The notes under the pieces were generated by a model, which saw nothing but the letters and a program-made list of their open reading frames with translations, searched no databases and was not told the DNA's origin. Shown piece by piece: positions 24,892 to 38,695 of a DNA stretch of 64,000 nucleotides (the first letter of the stretch is position 1; each line of letters starts with the position of its first letter). A program made the position numbers and the translations under genes. This DNA comes from Curvularia clavata. Taxonomy: Eukaryota. Where the stretch lies: NCBI GenBank assembly GCA_023920165.1, contig CP089276.1:4340001-4404000 (forward strand), given 5' to 3'.

Positions 24892-26065
24892 CGATCCCCT
24901 AGATCTGGTTCGGTCCACTAGGATGGGTCCGATCAACCACAAATGCTATGAGGAACCAAACTGTAGTTGAAGAGGATAGAGTCCGGCTTTCATTAGTTTA
25001 GTCCTTGGTAGTTATTGCTTCTCTTTTATTTGAGTGTAAGTAATAAACATATTGCCTCCCCTCATTCACTAAAGCACCTCACAAGCCACTGCCAGCCCCT
25101 TACACTTTTGATTGGCGCAATCTCCTGGAAAGTAGCTAAGCCAAACCTATCACAATAAGTTCATTACCAAGTCATCAAATTACTCTCTTCTGGGTCACGG
25201 TAAGGCAGCTCGTAAGCTGTAACAAGCAGCTAGTACAAGTCCATAGCAGTCTCTAGATTTCTCACTTCATATCAAGCTCTATGCATGAGTTTTCAAAATA
25301 CTATGGAAGTAGGACATGATAAGACAGACAAATATGTACAGCCTCAGCAGCGTACAGACCACGATACGGACATCTCTCTAATTATCAGGTGACTGGTATG
25401 GCCTTGTTAGACCTTATTTAGCCAAGAATTGCACATACACCATACAACATACGCGCAGTAATTACATAACAGCAATTAGAGTAACTATCAAACCAGAGGT
25501 GCAGATACCCCATCCCTATTCACACCCGCGTCTCATGCTTACGCTGCTAATCGCGTGCAGCCCTGACTGGACAAAGATTTTACCATACCGATTTAATAGA
25601 GCTACCCCAGTTGCGCACGGATTGGTCCGCTTCGAAATATTTGCCTTGTTGCCTTGCTCAGAGGGACACTATCATGGGATCAATTCTATTGGTTGATAAG
25701 GAATCCATCTGCAGCCACTGTATTGAGTGCATGCACCCGACTTTCTAGCCAATAGAAAATTGTGCAAAGAGCCTCGCTTTTCCGCGAAGTGCCATTCATT
25801 GATCGCATCATCCACCTCTTGTGAGTATTGTCTGAAGTTTGGTGTGGCATGTCCCTACCCAGCTGTATGCATGCAAGAATTTACGACAAAACCTTGTCAT
25901 AAGACGGCAACTATATGCGCTCAAGCATAAAATGCGCCCATCGCTCGTGGAAGTTTTGACCACTCCTTCTACTACCCTCTCCGCTCACTCAAAAAGGCGG
26001 TCAAGTCATTGCGTCCGCATTATCTTTTGCTGTTGTTCACATCCCCAACCAGTAGCTACGTGCCT

Positions 26066-29000
26066 ATGAAGAGCCAGTCGATCAGCAGCGACGAGAAAGA
26101 CATGTCTGAGATGACATCACAGACACTGCTAGTAAACTCCAGAATTCCTTCAGTGAGGGATAATGTTGGAGACACTGCAGCACATCAGCAAGGCTCAGAC
26201 CACAGCAACGGCACAGATAGTCACACAATTGATGGACATTATGGACGAAATCTTTGGGAAGAACTCGAAGATGCGATCGATGAAAAATTGGTCACAAGCG
26301 AGTTCGAAAGGACGCCCCACGATTTTCTCCCTGAGGGCGAATTGGAAAAGATTCTAAGATCCGTTGCCAAGCGACTATACAAAGGCAATTTGCATCAAGT
26401 CATATCCAGTCTTTTACTACTGAACACGCCTCAAACACCCAGAGAAGAGCTATCCGCTGTTGTGGAATACATCTTGGACGACGAATTCCCGGCAATAAAA
26501 CTTTTCTTCACGGTATTGTCCTCCAGGCATAGGGACCCTTATAACGCCATGATGATTTTCATGCGACAACGCAAGCCGATTCGCGACGCTGATCTCCCGA
26601 TACCATGGTCGAATGAACAGGTTCGAAAGGACGTTCAAAACCACCCTTTCTCTCTCCTGGAGAGATCACCAAGGGGGTTATGGCCAAAATCATCCATCTC
26701 AGAGTTCCATGATAAGCAACGTCGTTTCCAAGCAGCAGTATTGACTACCCACCCGGCAAAGATACCTGGACAATTTGGTCAAAACATTCTTCCGTTCACT
26801 CAAAGAGATTCCAGATGCAATCGAGGCGCATTTGGTATTGTTTCCAAATATACCGTTCATCCGAACCATTATGATGGTGACAAAAAGGTGGGTTGATTCA
26901 TGCTTCAAACATTAGGAATGTGAGAAGAAGACGACTAATTTGAGAGTGTAGATAGGCTCCCCTTGCGTTGTGGCGGTCAAGGAACTTACAAAGGATAACG
27001 ACAAAGTTGCACACCATTGGGCAAATGAGGTGAATGCCCTATCGAAGATGAACAGTCTTAATCAAGAACATATTGTTCGATTCCTGACGGCTTTTACACG
27101 CGGCAAACCGGAAGACCAACCAGAAGACTTGGAGTATTACGTAGTTTTCGAATGGGCAGAAGGTGGCAATCTAAAAGATCTATGGGGCGAGTTTCCACAT
27201 CCAGATCGAAGTGTTGCATTCATCCAATGGATCATGAAACAATTGTACGGACTGTGTCAAGCGCTTGCTGCAGCTCACTACTTGAGGGATGAAGACGGTG
27301 TATACAGGGGTGCATCGTACCGCCATGGTGATCTGAAACCTGAGAATATTCTTTGGTTTCCATGGGAGGGTGAAGATTGGGGAACATTGAAGATATGCGA
27401 TTGGGGAGAGGCCAAGATTCACCATGAGGTCACCGCACTTCGCCATGCAACAACCACCCAATTTGGAACAAGGAGATACGAGCCCCCCGAGGTTGTCGGA
27501 GGAAAGCCTGATCTTGATGAATCAGCAAAGGATGCGCGTTCCCGACTCTACGATATATGGAGCATGGGTTGTGTCATGATGGAGTGCATTATTTGGCTTG
27601 TATATGGTCTGGGAGAGCTCAAGAGATTCAACAAGAGCAACAAGGGGGACCACAGCATCTCTGAATTCTTTTACGAACCGTACAATGAGGGCTTGGTGAT
27701 CCATGGGATCGTAAAGCAATGGCTAAATTACATGATGAATGATCCGTTTTGTCGACCGGGCGAGACTGCTCTCGGCGACGCCTTGGAGATCATATCCAAA
27801 GGTTTGCTGGTAATTCGACTTCCACCGGGGGATATACAACCAGAAGATGTTCCCGGTATCGAATGCGCTTCAGTGCTGTCTAAAGAGCTGACTCCACGAG
27901 CTGCGCCAAAACCTACGTTGATGGTGTCCCCGCCCCTTGACGAAGATTCTGGCAACATTTACGCGTCTGCAAAAATCACGGCTCCACTCACGCCGATTCC
28001 AGTTTACAACAAAGTGCAAGACGCCTTAGCGGCAACGCAAAACTCCGCTGCGCGCCCCGGTATCAGCGTGACGTTAGCGGAACAACCTGTCGCCTCTACA
28101 AAGACCGAGCATCTTTCTGGTGAGCCAGCGCGATACCGTGCCACAGATTTAGTGTCTTGTCTTGCGAAAATTGTCGAAACTAGCCATAACGACCGATATT
28201 GGCGGGCTCCTGGCTCGCCTTTGCCCGCCCCGCAAGCATCAAGTGGCTCTCATTTAGTCCCAGGTTCGATTGCTAATAGGCATGCTGTCACCAAACAGCC
28301 CGATCAAGGCAACTACTCACATCCGGAGCTTAATCGAGAGCGGTGGACGTTTGTCGTGGATAACGACTTTGCTGCAAGGGTACTTTCCAATCGCATACAC
28401 ATCCAAGCTCTGTCGGGTGCTGCATCATCGACGCCGAAGTTGTGTGAAAAATGCGCTGAAATCCAAAAGAAACTCTGGAGCCCGTTGTTCAAAGAGACGT
28501 TCACAACCGAGACACTCAGGCATAATGCTGAAGCTAAGCTATGCGATCTATGTTGCCTCTTCTGGCAAGCTTGCATTCAACATAACGCTTCCGATCGCCG
28601 ATTGATAGTATTCGAACGAATCGATTCTAATCTGAAGATTAGCGGCAGCGGCACAGAGTTGCATGCTATCAGCCTCTTCCGAGGAAATGGTAAGTTAGCT
28701 AACGCCATGGGGATTGCATATTGCTAATTGTTGCTGACTTAGCTTCGTAGCCCACAGTCATGCATATAGTCTCCAGATCGGGTTTGGGGAACTGCCCGAA
28801 CCTGGGCATCCGGCACATCTCGATATCATTCGGGCTTGGATTGCCGATTGCGACGAGAACCATTCCGACCCCGTATGTAATCCATACGGGAAACGTAGAG
28901 ATTCTTTTCCGAAAAGTGATCTTACTCCATGCATGCCTACTCGGCTCATAGACGTTGGGTCTGGAGATGATCGACATGTTAGGCTAATACCGACAGAGCG

Positions 29001-30346
29001 AGGCAAGGATCTGAAGTGGATTGCGCTTTCATACCGCTGGGGAAGCCGACATCACTTTTCCACAACTCGGGCAAATATCAATGAACACATGGAAGACATG
29101 AGTTTGTCTGACTTACCAGAGGTTTTTCAAGATGCTATCCACATGACACGAGGTCTACAATGCCGATATCTCTGGATAGATGCCATTTGCATCATTCAGG
29201 GAGAAGATGGTGATTTTACGGCAGAATCAAAAAGAATGGAAAACGTGTACAGCGGCGCGTATTGTGTGCTCGCTGCAAGCTACGCCAACAGCTTTCGACT
29301 GTTTGATACCCGTGAAAAAAGAGCTCAGGTTGCGCTAGGCTCTATGGATAGCCAGACCGGCGTCATCTATGCTTGCGAGATGATCGACAACTTCAAAGAC
29401 CATGTGCTAGATGGTCCACTTAGTCAGCGCGGGTGGGTCTTGCAGGAGCATGCTTTAGCTCGTCGTACGATATTCTTTACAGAATACCAGACCTATTGGG
29501 AATGTGGCCATGGAGTTCGTTGCGAAACCATGGCGAAGATGAAAAAGTGAGTACTTCAAAATTGTTCAAAGTGCCTGGCCGCCCCAGTGCGACGAGGCTC
29601 ACAAGATGAACAGTGTATCGGCTGCTTTGCTAGGCGACCCCGATTTTCCGAAGATACTGAAGCCTGCTGAGCATGGAGAGAGGATACTGCGATATCAGGA
29701 ATTGTATCAACAATACTCACAACTTAGCCTTACGGCTGACTACGACCGACCATCCGCTATTGACGGTTTGGAACGACGACTGATTCGAGCCATGGGGGTG
29801 AATGGCGGGTTTGGCGTACTGGAAGACCTCAAGAATCCAGGGCTTCTACGTCGCAGTCTAATGTGGTATCGTGCCACAGATACTTTAAGGGTCATCAACT
29901 TCCCTGAGGGTCGTGAGAAAGTCCCATCATGGTCTTGGATGTCGGTCTCTGGTCCAATTCATTACTTTCGCTTGGAATTTTTTGGATACGAGTGGAAAGA
30001 CATACATTCACCGTGGTCGAAGTCTGGGGTTGACCACGCAGGTAATGTGATGATTGCAGAAGCTTGTCGTCTCAAGCATCCTGATTGTACTGAGGCTCCA
30101 GGAAAAGACATAAGCTTCGACATCCCGGAGAAAGTCAAAGATCCCTATGAGGAGAATTTACTAGCGGTTGTTCTCGGCATAGAGAAAGGCGACAAAAGTA
30201 TTCAAGACAAAAGGCACTGTGTCCTTATTGTAGAGCCGATATCGCAGCAGTATGTTACGGATTATAAAAGGTGCAGGAGAGTGGGGGCGGGTATCGTGAC
30301 GGGAAATCACTTATCTGAGAAATGGGGAATGTGGTCCATAATTTGA
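26066..30346 (+). CDS. Protein kinase-HET fusion (~1362 aa); introns 26888-26951, 28690-28750, 29547-29613
   Basis: Kinase motifs: RGAFGIV, VAVKEL, NEV, HIVRFL, FEWAEGGNL, YRHGDLKPENIL, KICDWG, YEPPE, DIWSMGC. HET motifs: MPTRLIDV, WIALSYRWG, YLWIDAICIIQG, LSQRGWVLQEHALARR, VPSWSWMS. Exons sum to 4089 nt in frame. An extra 5' exon from 25932 is possible. Confidence 0.9.
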
Positions 30347-31491
30347 ACATACGAAGCTGCAATCCAAGAAACATAAGATCTTTCTCATTGCTCATTCCAG
30401 TAACTAGAGCGTATATCTCCCCAACAGATAAGATGTTCCTCGCCTCTCCTTCTCCAATAGAACACGCGAGGCTGAGATTCGTCATCACCCCTGCCTGCTA
30501 CATTGCATTAGTGTGCATGGTTAGATCGCAGGGGTCGCGGTTTTTGAGGTGGCTCACACTCGTTTCCTGGGATCACTGCGATCCATTAATGCTTGGCGTA
30601 AATGCCCTCACGCACACGTCTCCACCAGGACTAGTGCGCCATATCATCCTTCATAGTCCTTTGGATCATGTGACATGCTTCGGCTTACCGCTTTTGCTGA
30701 GCTCTCAACCAGTGCGGATATCTGCTAAGCCGATGAGCTGGCTACTTACGATTTAAAATCGTACACTCAATTAGCTCATATGGTATGGTTCATCAGATGG
30801 CTGTAAACACGGTACAAAATACTACTACATCTATAGGTGTGAATGACCAGCCATTTCGACCCTGGTCACCCACCACTGCACTGTGACATCGCGCGCGGCT
30901 CGAAAGCAGCCACAGGCGCTCAGCCGGTTCTCTTCTCCGCAGCATCTCTTTGCCGTACTCCAGGTAGCGCAACTTCTTCGCTTTGTCGCGGAAGTGCGTT
31001 TCATCAAATTTCTTGTCAAACTTAAAACCCTCATTCATACCACAGTGCGCAGTGTAGTTATAAGACGAAGCGCCACACATTACAGGCGTGAAGAGCGACT
31101 AAAGTCCAGGTGTAAGGTTCGTCCCGCAATACGAGGTAATCCGAAGGGCAACCACACTCAAAGTCCTAAGGCCCACCATCTCTTGCTTAGCCTGCTACCG
31201 CCACCGCCGATACCTCCAAGGCTGAAGATGGACTGGGAAAAGGCTCAGGTATCGTGTGTGGTGCTTAGGATTTGTGATTGGACAAACATCATTTAGTGGC
31301 TTGCGTCGGGAGCAGAGGGGCTGAATTCTTACGCAAACTGTGTGCATTGAATTGCACTGGGAATGGGTCGACATCTATCAATACTGATAACGTTGCCAAA
31401 TATAATTCATATGATCATGATTTCTTGCCCCCTCTGACTGCCTTCATCATTTGCATTCCCATCGTACACTTGATGGCGAAAGGTTGGCACA

Positions 31492-33762
31492 ATGACCATT
31501 GAGACTATAGAATCGCAAAACATGGAGGTTTCGATGTCTCAGCCTGACCGTGGTACTACCGCTGAGTCTCTGACCGGTGGCAGTGAGGCTGGGCTGCATC
31601 AATCCCCTGAGGTGGGTGGATCGGACACCCATTACGTGTATAACGGTAATAAACCTATCGACGAGAGAACCCTTGCAATAGCTAAGTATCAACAGTCCAA
31701 ACCCCTAGCGGAAGTCCGTCGCAGATTATCCCAATGAATGACACCGCGATCCCCATATCTGCAAGGCAGGCTCGCAGGCCTGTAATCGAGAGCTCACTCT
31801 TGCGGGGAATGGCAACATTGAAACAATACGTCGCTTCGATCCCACCTCCACAACATAGGAGGCATAGAAAAACTCAATCGGATCACATTTTACAATCACC
31901 TCACACTTGGAATATTGCGAATGCGTCGAGCCCGCGTAGAAGTTTGACAAACGTCGAGCGAAACCCAAGATCTGAAATCGAACGGAGCGCAGGTCCTACC
32001 GATAACCAGCTGAGAGCTACTCTACTTTCATTCAGAGATGTACCAAAGAACACGGGTTCTCGTCTTGTAGACATGCTGACCGATGTCTACGCACAGGAGG
32101 CTTTGACTGATCAAAATTTCATACCAAACGGGCAGCTAGACGAAGTCGTCACGCAGGCGTCTGTTGACCACGAACTTTCACGGTTCGAGCATCTGCCTAC
32201 TTACTTACGTCATGGTCTATGGCGGAAGACGCGCCCTCAAATCGTCATACCGTCTTCTCCGCACGCAATCAGCAGCAGTGCTGCGAAAAGTGCAAGCAGA
32301 AGGAATTTTCAGAAAATATTTGCCATCCTTGTCTTGATGCGACGTCCGGAAAAGATTTTGAGATTTGTCAAGGAAAAGGTGCATGATGGTGATCTCCCAC
32401 TGTGCTTGGATGCCACAAAGGATTCCTTACGAAGGAAGACAGATCTGCATACCGCCCTACGATGTCTTAAAACGCGAAGCGATGTGCGGGATTTCGTGGA
32501 GCGTCAGTGGTGCGTGTTGGCACCATCATTCAACCCAAGTGAAGTAGTTCAGTTTCCACGATTGGTAATATCAAAAAGAGAGATCCTGCCATTTGTGTTT
32601 TGGGATAATAAAGGACACTCTGGTGGGTCTGGCTCAGTTCACCAGGTGAAAATACACCCCAATCACCACTCCTTCGATGAAACCTTGGTAGGTTGTGTTT
32701 TGGATTTGGGATTTGAGCATTTCAGGACTGACCTTGACAGGTCCCCAATAACGTAGTAGCAGTAAAAGAGATATCCAACAGTGATAAAGAGTCTTTCGAA
32801 CGCGAGTATAATATATTACGCCATCTGTGCAACCGCAATAAAAATACGCCTCACCATCTAGTAACACTACTCGCGGCCTATGAAAAAAACGACAAGTTTT
32901 ATCTTCTTCTGCCATGGGCTGAAGTGGACCTTGATCGATATTGGCGAGAAAAGTTCCCAGATGCGCCATGCCCGAATCCAGAAGTGTCTTCTTGGATTAG
33001 AACACAATGTTGTGGTCTTACTGAAGCGGTATCTTACATCCATCGCTATCACACGACATCCGCAACATCGATATTGCGAGCTGAATATTCGCCTCAACTG
33101 GGAAGCACACATGCCCCGGTGAAAAAGGTCGAGCTATTGGGCAGTCGCAGAGGCGAGCTTACCCTCAGCGGCCGACATGGAGACATAAAGCCTGCAAACA
33201 TCCTTTGGTACCCAGACCCATGGGATAAACGAGGCATCCTTCGTCTCGCAGATTTCGGCACTGCTCGTTTTAGTAAGGTCGATCGCATCTCTAACGGAAA
33301 AACCATTCCTAGCTCTAGACCTTATCGGTCTCCAGAGAGTATCTTGTCTGAAGATAATCTTTCCAGCCAATGCGATATCTGGGCTCTGGGATGCGTGTTC
33401 CTTGAATTTGTTTGCTGGTATGCTGGTGGTCGTGATCGATTGGAGGCTTTCGAAAAAGCACGCGCCCGTGGATATGAAAGTCCATCATTTTGTTATTGCA
33501 TACATGAAGGAATGGATAACAGAACGGATGCTCCACTACGCATGGCGATCAAAAGATCTGTCACCGAGGTCAGTATTTCACGTCAAAAGAACGCTCGTTT
33601 ACTGACCTGGGATACTAGATGATTGATAATTTACAGCAACAAGTTAAGATGGAGATAAATGTAGACATGATCAGCCTGATGAAGATAATACAAGATGAAA
33701 TGCTTGTTGTATCGCGAGGTCGAAAGAGCTCAGGGACCATTCTTCGAAACCTCGGATCTTGA
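31492..33762 (+). CDS. Fungal non-RD Ser/Thr-like protein kinase (~705 aa); introns 31646-31695, 32688-32740, 33569-33618
   Basis: Motifs SGGSGSVHQV, VAVKEI, FERE, HLVTLLAAY, LPWAEVDL, GRHGDIKPANILWY, LADFG, YRSPE and DIWALGCVFLE. Exons sum to 2118 nt in frame. The start is less certain. Confidence 0.85.
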
Positions 33763-33849
33763 ACGAGAACCCTGTAATCGCGTGTAAAGGCCTACCTCTA
33801 GCTCTTATCCAAATTGGGTTGTTTAATGTATAGTTGAAGCTACCTCTTC

Positions 33850-35336
33850 AAGACCTTCTCCCATTGTATATGCGCAAAGTGTCCTGAATTGATGCTCGTA
33901 AGACCAGCATGAGCGATCACCAGCATACCCTAAGTATAGTATGGGGCATGTGCATAAAGGAGCTTGAAGCCGGATGCTCCAATTCCCTTCACTATGCTGC
34001 TGTACCTTCAACCGGATAGCATAGATGAGATTATATCACCCGACGGGTTAAATATCTCCATGAGCCGACTTATCGCTTTCTTCAGGTCGATATGGGTTAA
34101 GCCAATGCAATCCTTTTAGTTTTCTTTTAGGTTTACTAACATACCCAAAAGAAGATCTCCCACATCCATGTTCGTGTCCTTAGCTGGTATATCCCTCATA
34201 CGTGGAGTAAGGACGTCGGCCACCAATTTAAGTCTGGACGAAATGCGAAAAATGCCTCCCGCATGTCAGTCACCATAGGATAGCTCTTACTTGTCCTCAA
34301 GAGTATGGAGAATTGCTTCAGCGATGTGGCTGGTAAGTACCTGCTGAGCCATGATTGCATTACCTACCATATTCTTCTTTTAAGGTACCTTGATAGGTGT
34401 GAAAACTATGGTATTACCAAACCACTGATTAATGCGGCGCTGAAGGCGTTCGATGATAAAAAACTCTCTTACATGCCAGTGCAGTCAACCTATCTAGTCT
34501 CTTTGACCTGGATATGAAAAATCTAGAGTTAGCGCTGATGACATTCAAAGAAGCGTTTGCAATACGCAAAAAGTTGTTGAATCCGACTGAGATGGGCGCA
34601 TCAGGTCTCAATGACATATCGCTTGCATACAGCGAAACGGGCGAACTTGACAAAGCCTCCACTGCACACGAGAAAGCGATTGACATCCGATTATGTACGA
34701 ACAGTGACAGGACCGGCAATTATTACGGTAATATGTCTATTCTGTTCTCGAGAATGGATGAATCCAACGAGGTGACGGATACGCTCAAGCGACGTACATT
34801 ATTTAAAGATTTTACGGATGAAACGCTCATAAAGACAATAAATTCGCGTTTTTCAGGGGACGTCGTGCTTGTTTCCCGTATCTGGGTCCAAAAAGGCAGG
34901 ATCGACTAGGCTCTTCAACTTGCGTCAAAAGCTCTAGATCTTCGAGAGAAACTACTAGGTAACCGCCTGAAAGCGGGTGATTCAATATATGGCGTAGCTT
35001 CACTGCTGCATGTACACGGGAACTCTTCTTCTGCCATGTGAGTAAAAACCAACTAATTTGTGACACTTGGAAGTCACTGACATGACGCGTTACAGTGAGC
35101 TACTGAGACAGCTGACGAATATCATGGGATCTTCTCCTGGGAGCAAGCTGACCCTTGCCAGGGCTTTTTATAATCTTGCAGTTTTCCAGAATGAAAGAGG
35201 AAGACATGAGGAAAGCTTGAGGGCTGCATCGAAACCAGATGCTGCAGGAGAGCCACTCGTTGAAGAAAGGTTCATGAAAATATCTGCACGATATTGTGGT
35301 AGTAAACTGAAGAACAATGAAAGTGTGCTTGTTTAG
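33850..35336 (+). pseudogene. Degenerate TPR-repeat gene, resembling the C-terminal half of a fungal NB-ARC-TPR NLR
   Basis: TPR-like peptides AFAIRKKLL, SGLNDISLAYSETGELDKASTAHEKAIDIR, GNYYGNMS and LARAFYNLAVF. Frameshift at ~34470-34515, in-frame TAG at 34907, intron-like 34332-34385 and 35038-35094. No recognisable nucleotide-binding domain remains. Confidence 0.75.
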
Positions 35337-36622
35337 GTTTTTGCAACTTCAGGTTGGTGTGTATCTGAAAACACAAAATCTGCCTCCAGGATATCCTGTC
35401 GAAAAAGAGGTATAAACCCTATTTAAAACTTATAAGATTGAAGCAAGCAAGCTCCACTTGTAGATTCGTGTCTCATTGCCCTGTAACATTATTCAATGTA
35501 CATAATAATAGTTCAAAAGCTTGTCGACGCAACGCGCTTAGGTCACCACAATTCTTGATCACAACTTGAAACCCATGTGACTCTACCAGACCACGACTCA
35601 ATCTCAACTTGATGCAAGTGAATCATGATTGGAGCTATTGATGCTTCGTCCAAGATGCATGAGACCCAATGACTGCGCTAAAGTGTGGCGACATACTCAG
35701 GATCAGCTCAACAGTTAAAGAGTTGGGTCTGGAAGCTGACCACTCACTCAACTTCAGGGCTACCCATCCAATCAGAATGTGAATATGTCCTATTGACCTT
35801 CTCTTTGCGTACCAGAGGGAGGTATTCTACTGGACTAAGGTCAAGTAAGGTGGATAGTAGATTGCAGTCATATTATGTGACTCCATGAAGTCTCTCCACT
35901 CTTTTGCAGTATGATCAGACACGCTACACTACGTGAAAACTGCGCCACGTTTATGCTGAGGTACTGGGCCATGCCCCTAAAGTATATTCTTATCATTAGC
36001 ATAATGTATCGCGGGTCAGAATGACTACAGGACAGTGCCCAACTCTACCATCCATGTCGTATCCAATTCATGCACCTACGTTAAGAAGCACTAGATCTTG
36101 CTTCATTTATGCCTCTTCACCATTCCTTTCTCGTCCGGCGCGATATCCATTGAGTATTATCGCCGGATCCGTGCGCAACACTGCACTCGGAAGAAGACTT
36201 GATAACTATATCCCTACCCAAGCATGGTTGCACTGTCTACTAACAAGACATTGGCCTTCTTTTGGCGCTAGATGCACTAATTAGTGGTTTGTACTTCGTT
36301 CAGTATTTACCGTATTTACGTAGCTCAGGGTCGTTATATAGCACTCTTGCGTGCTATTGGCTTATCATTGTGCGTGCCCTGCAGGTTTGCCTCCCGATAC
36401 TATAATCTGTATCCAATCTCAGAATGTTTATCAATAACTCGCACTAGTTGGCGATGTTGCCTACACGTCAACTTATTTGGGCAGCCCGTGTGATGGTGTC
36501 TTGTGTAGGTACCATAATGTATGTAATGTTTCTTCCTCCATTTACAAGGTGAGATAACATCATATTTGAATTCTAAAGATCATTTATTCGACTTCTGTCT
36601 ACTTGAACTCTAACCAGTTCGA

Positions 36623-37881
36623 CTATTTAGCGTTTGAGTAAGCTTGAAGTTCAAAGACAGTACTTTCATTACCGTTGTGGTTCTGGTGAAGTTCTTGGGT
36701 TTGACAGTAAGTATGATGTTTACCGCTTCGAGAAAGGAAGCCGAATAGCAGAGTGTTGGCCATTTTGAACATGAGTGACTGGCTCTCACTTTCATCCACT
36801 GCTCCGTTAACCTCTGTTCCGTCTTGTGTCAGGTAGACATGAGGGTCTGCGGGAAGGTACGGTCCAGGGTGTCTCATGTTCCAGAGGAAAGAATTGATCA
36901 GCATCAGGCTTGCTTCGAAGGCGTAAAAGTATGCTTCGTTCCGCACAATGGGACTGAGTTCCATCAAACGCTTCATGCTAGTAATATCCACACTCTGTGA
37001 GCTTGTTGCCATCTCTGTAAGCCGATAGATGCAGCGCACGAAGATCAAAGTCATACTCATATAGAGTGTTGTCAGGGTTGTCTTGACAGCATGACTTTGT
37101 GCAGAAACTCCAGTTTTGATGCATTGACGATGAAAAGCGACAGAGAGATAAGTGAAGACGCCGATAATGCAGACTTGAAGCACGATTGCCACAAGTACGA
37201 GGTAGTGCCCGATCTTCTTCGTTGACTCCCTCGCTTTCGCATTGGCGGTCAATGAAACTCCGGCTCCATTTAGCCCCTCTACTATGCCCATAAGCCCACC
37301 AAAAAAGGAGGTTACTCGTCTAGGGTCGAGTGGCGCAGCATATGGAACGTAATGGAATACCCGTCCAAGAATGTGATAGTTCGCGAGTTCAAGTAATGGG
37401 CTGAAGCAATAATTCAGTATAATAGCAGCTAAGGACGGCCAAAGGAAACTCGGCAATCCAGCCACGATAGAGTACAGACATTACTTACGGGCCTATGTAG
37501 ATACAGATTTGGCTAGTGATGAACACAGCGAACGGTACCTTGTTCGTACGAGTGTACATATAGTTATAGGCTCCGTATTCACGCAATGCGTATCCGAGAG
37601 TAAAGAGTGCTGCGCACGCGGGCTGTAGCCCTATCATCTTCCAAGCTTTGAAGCGGCTAGCAACAGCATGTCAGAAGCAACAAGTACAAAACCCGCAGGG
37701 TAGGCCTACTAGCACTGCCAGAGATGTAAAACGGTGGATGTAGCGAAGGCAATCGTAAAGAATATGGGAGCGCCCTTATTAGGTGCATAGATGTACAGGC
37801 TACCCACAACTACACCAGAGTTAGTCGATTGATTTGATGAATGGCTTGATAGAGCTTACTAGGCACATCATTGGCAGCCAT
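36623..37881 (-). CDS. RTA1-like (lipid-translocating exporter family) 7-TM protein, 3 introns
   Basis: Motifs YIYAPNKGAPIFF, GYALREYGA, PLLELANYHILGRVFHYVP, LIFVRCIYRLTE and EAYFYAFEASLM. Confidence 0.88.
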
Positions 37882-38695
37882 TGTTCGCACTTAAGAGATT
37901 TGTGTGGTTGAAAATGATGTTTTGGTAATATGCAGATGAAAACAAGAGCAGTTGTTTGCGTATTGGACCGGAAGTGTCTTTAACAATGTATTGACCGAGG
38001 GGACTCATTTCTGATCGAATGAAGACGTGCTTGTTTATAGACGAGACACGCTCTTGTTTAAATCGTCATCAAGCCCGAATAGGAACATCTGAGCGCCAAG
38101 CGGCAGACGGTCGCATAGAGTATGCAGTAATTCGCCTAGCCTTCCTAAAAGGGAATGAAATCACGCCAAGGAGAGCGACAAGACGAAACCGTGCGTCTAG
38201 TGAGTGGCTGTGCATCGAGTGAAATATACTTCTCAGTGCGATTGAAGCGTGCCTTTGTATACGTTGGGTTTCTTACCTGAACGAAATGTCAAAGCTGTCT
38301 CGGAAACAGCTTTGGCCTTCGGTTGGATAATTTAGGTTGCCATTTGTTTTCGAATAGATTAACTGGACCAATTGGTTTACCTTCTAACTACCTTGGAAGC
38401 ACCCATTCTACTCAACCCGATCCAGAGCTATTACGCAAGCTTGGAGTTTTTTTTCTGGTTCAATAAGATGAGTTTGGTGATCATTCTGCGATTTCACTTC
38501 ATCTTATGCAGCAAGAGGTTGGATGTGCTACGCATTGTGGTGCTATAACCTTCCTTGTTTTGGTTAGTGACTCCAGCACTTCTGCAACATACATCCATTA
38601 TACCTACTAAGATACGAACGTGCCAGTCGATAGCGTCTATGCAAGCTGCTTGCCAGTCTTCGAACAACCAATTTACACCGCCCATGGCTCCGAGA

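Noticed and set aside
30793..31080. Charged peptide FKFDKKFDETHFRDKAKKLRYLEYGKEM
   Set aside because: Looks like a gene fragment but cannot be assigned or extended.
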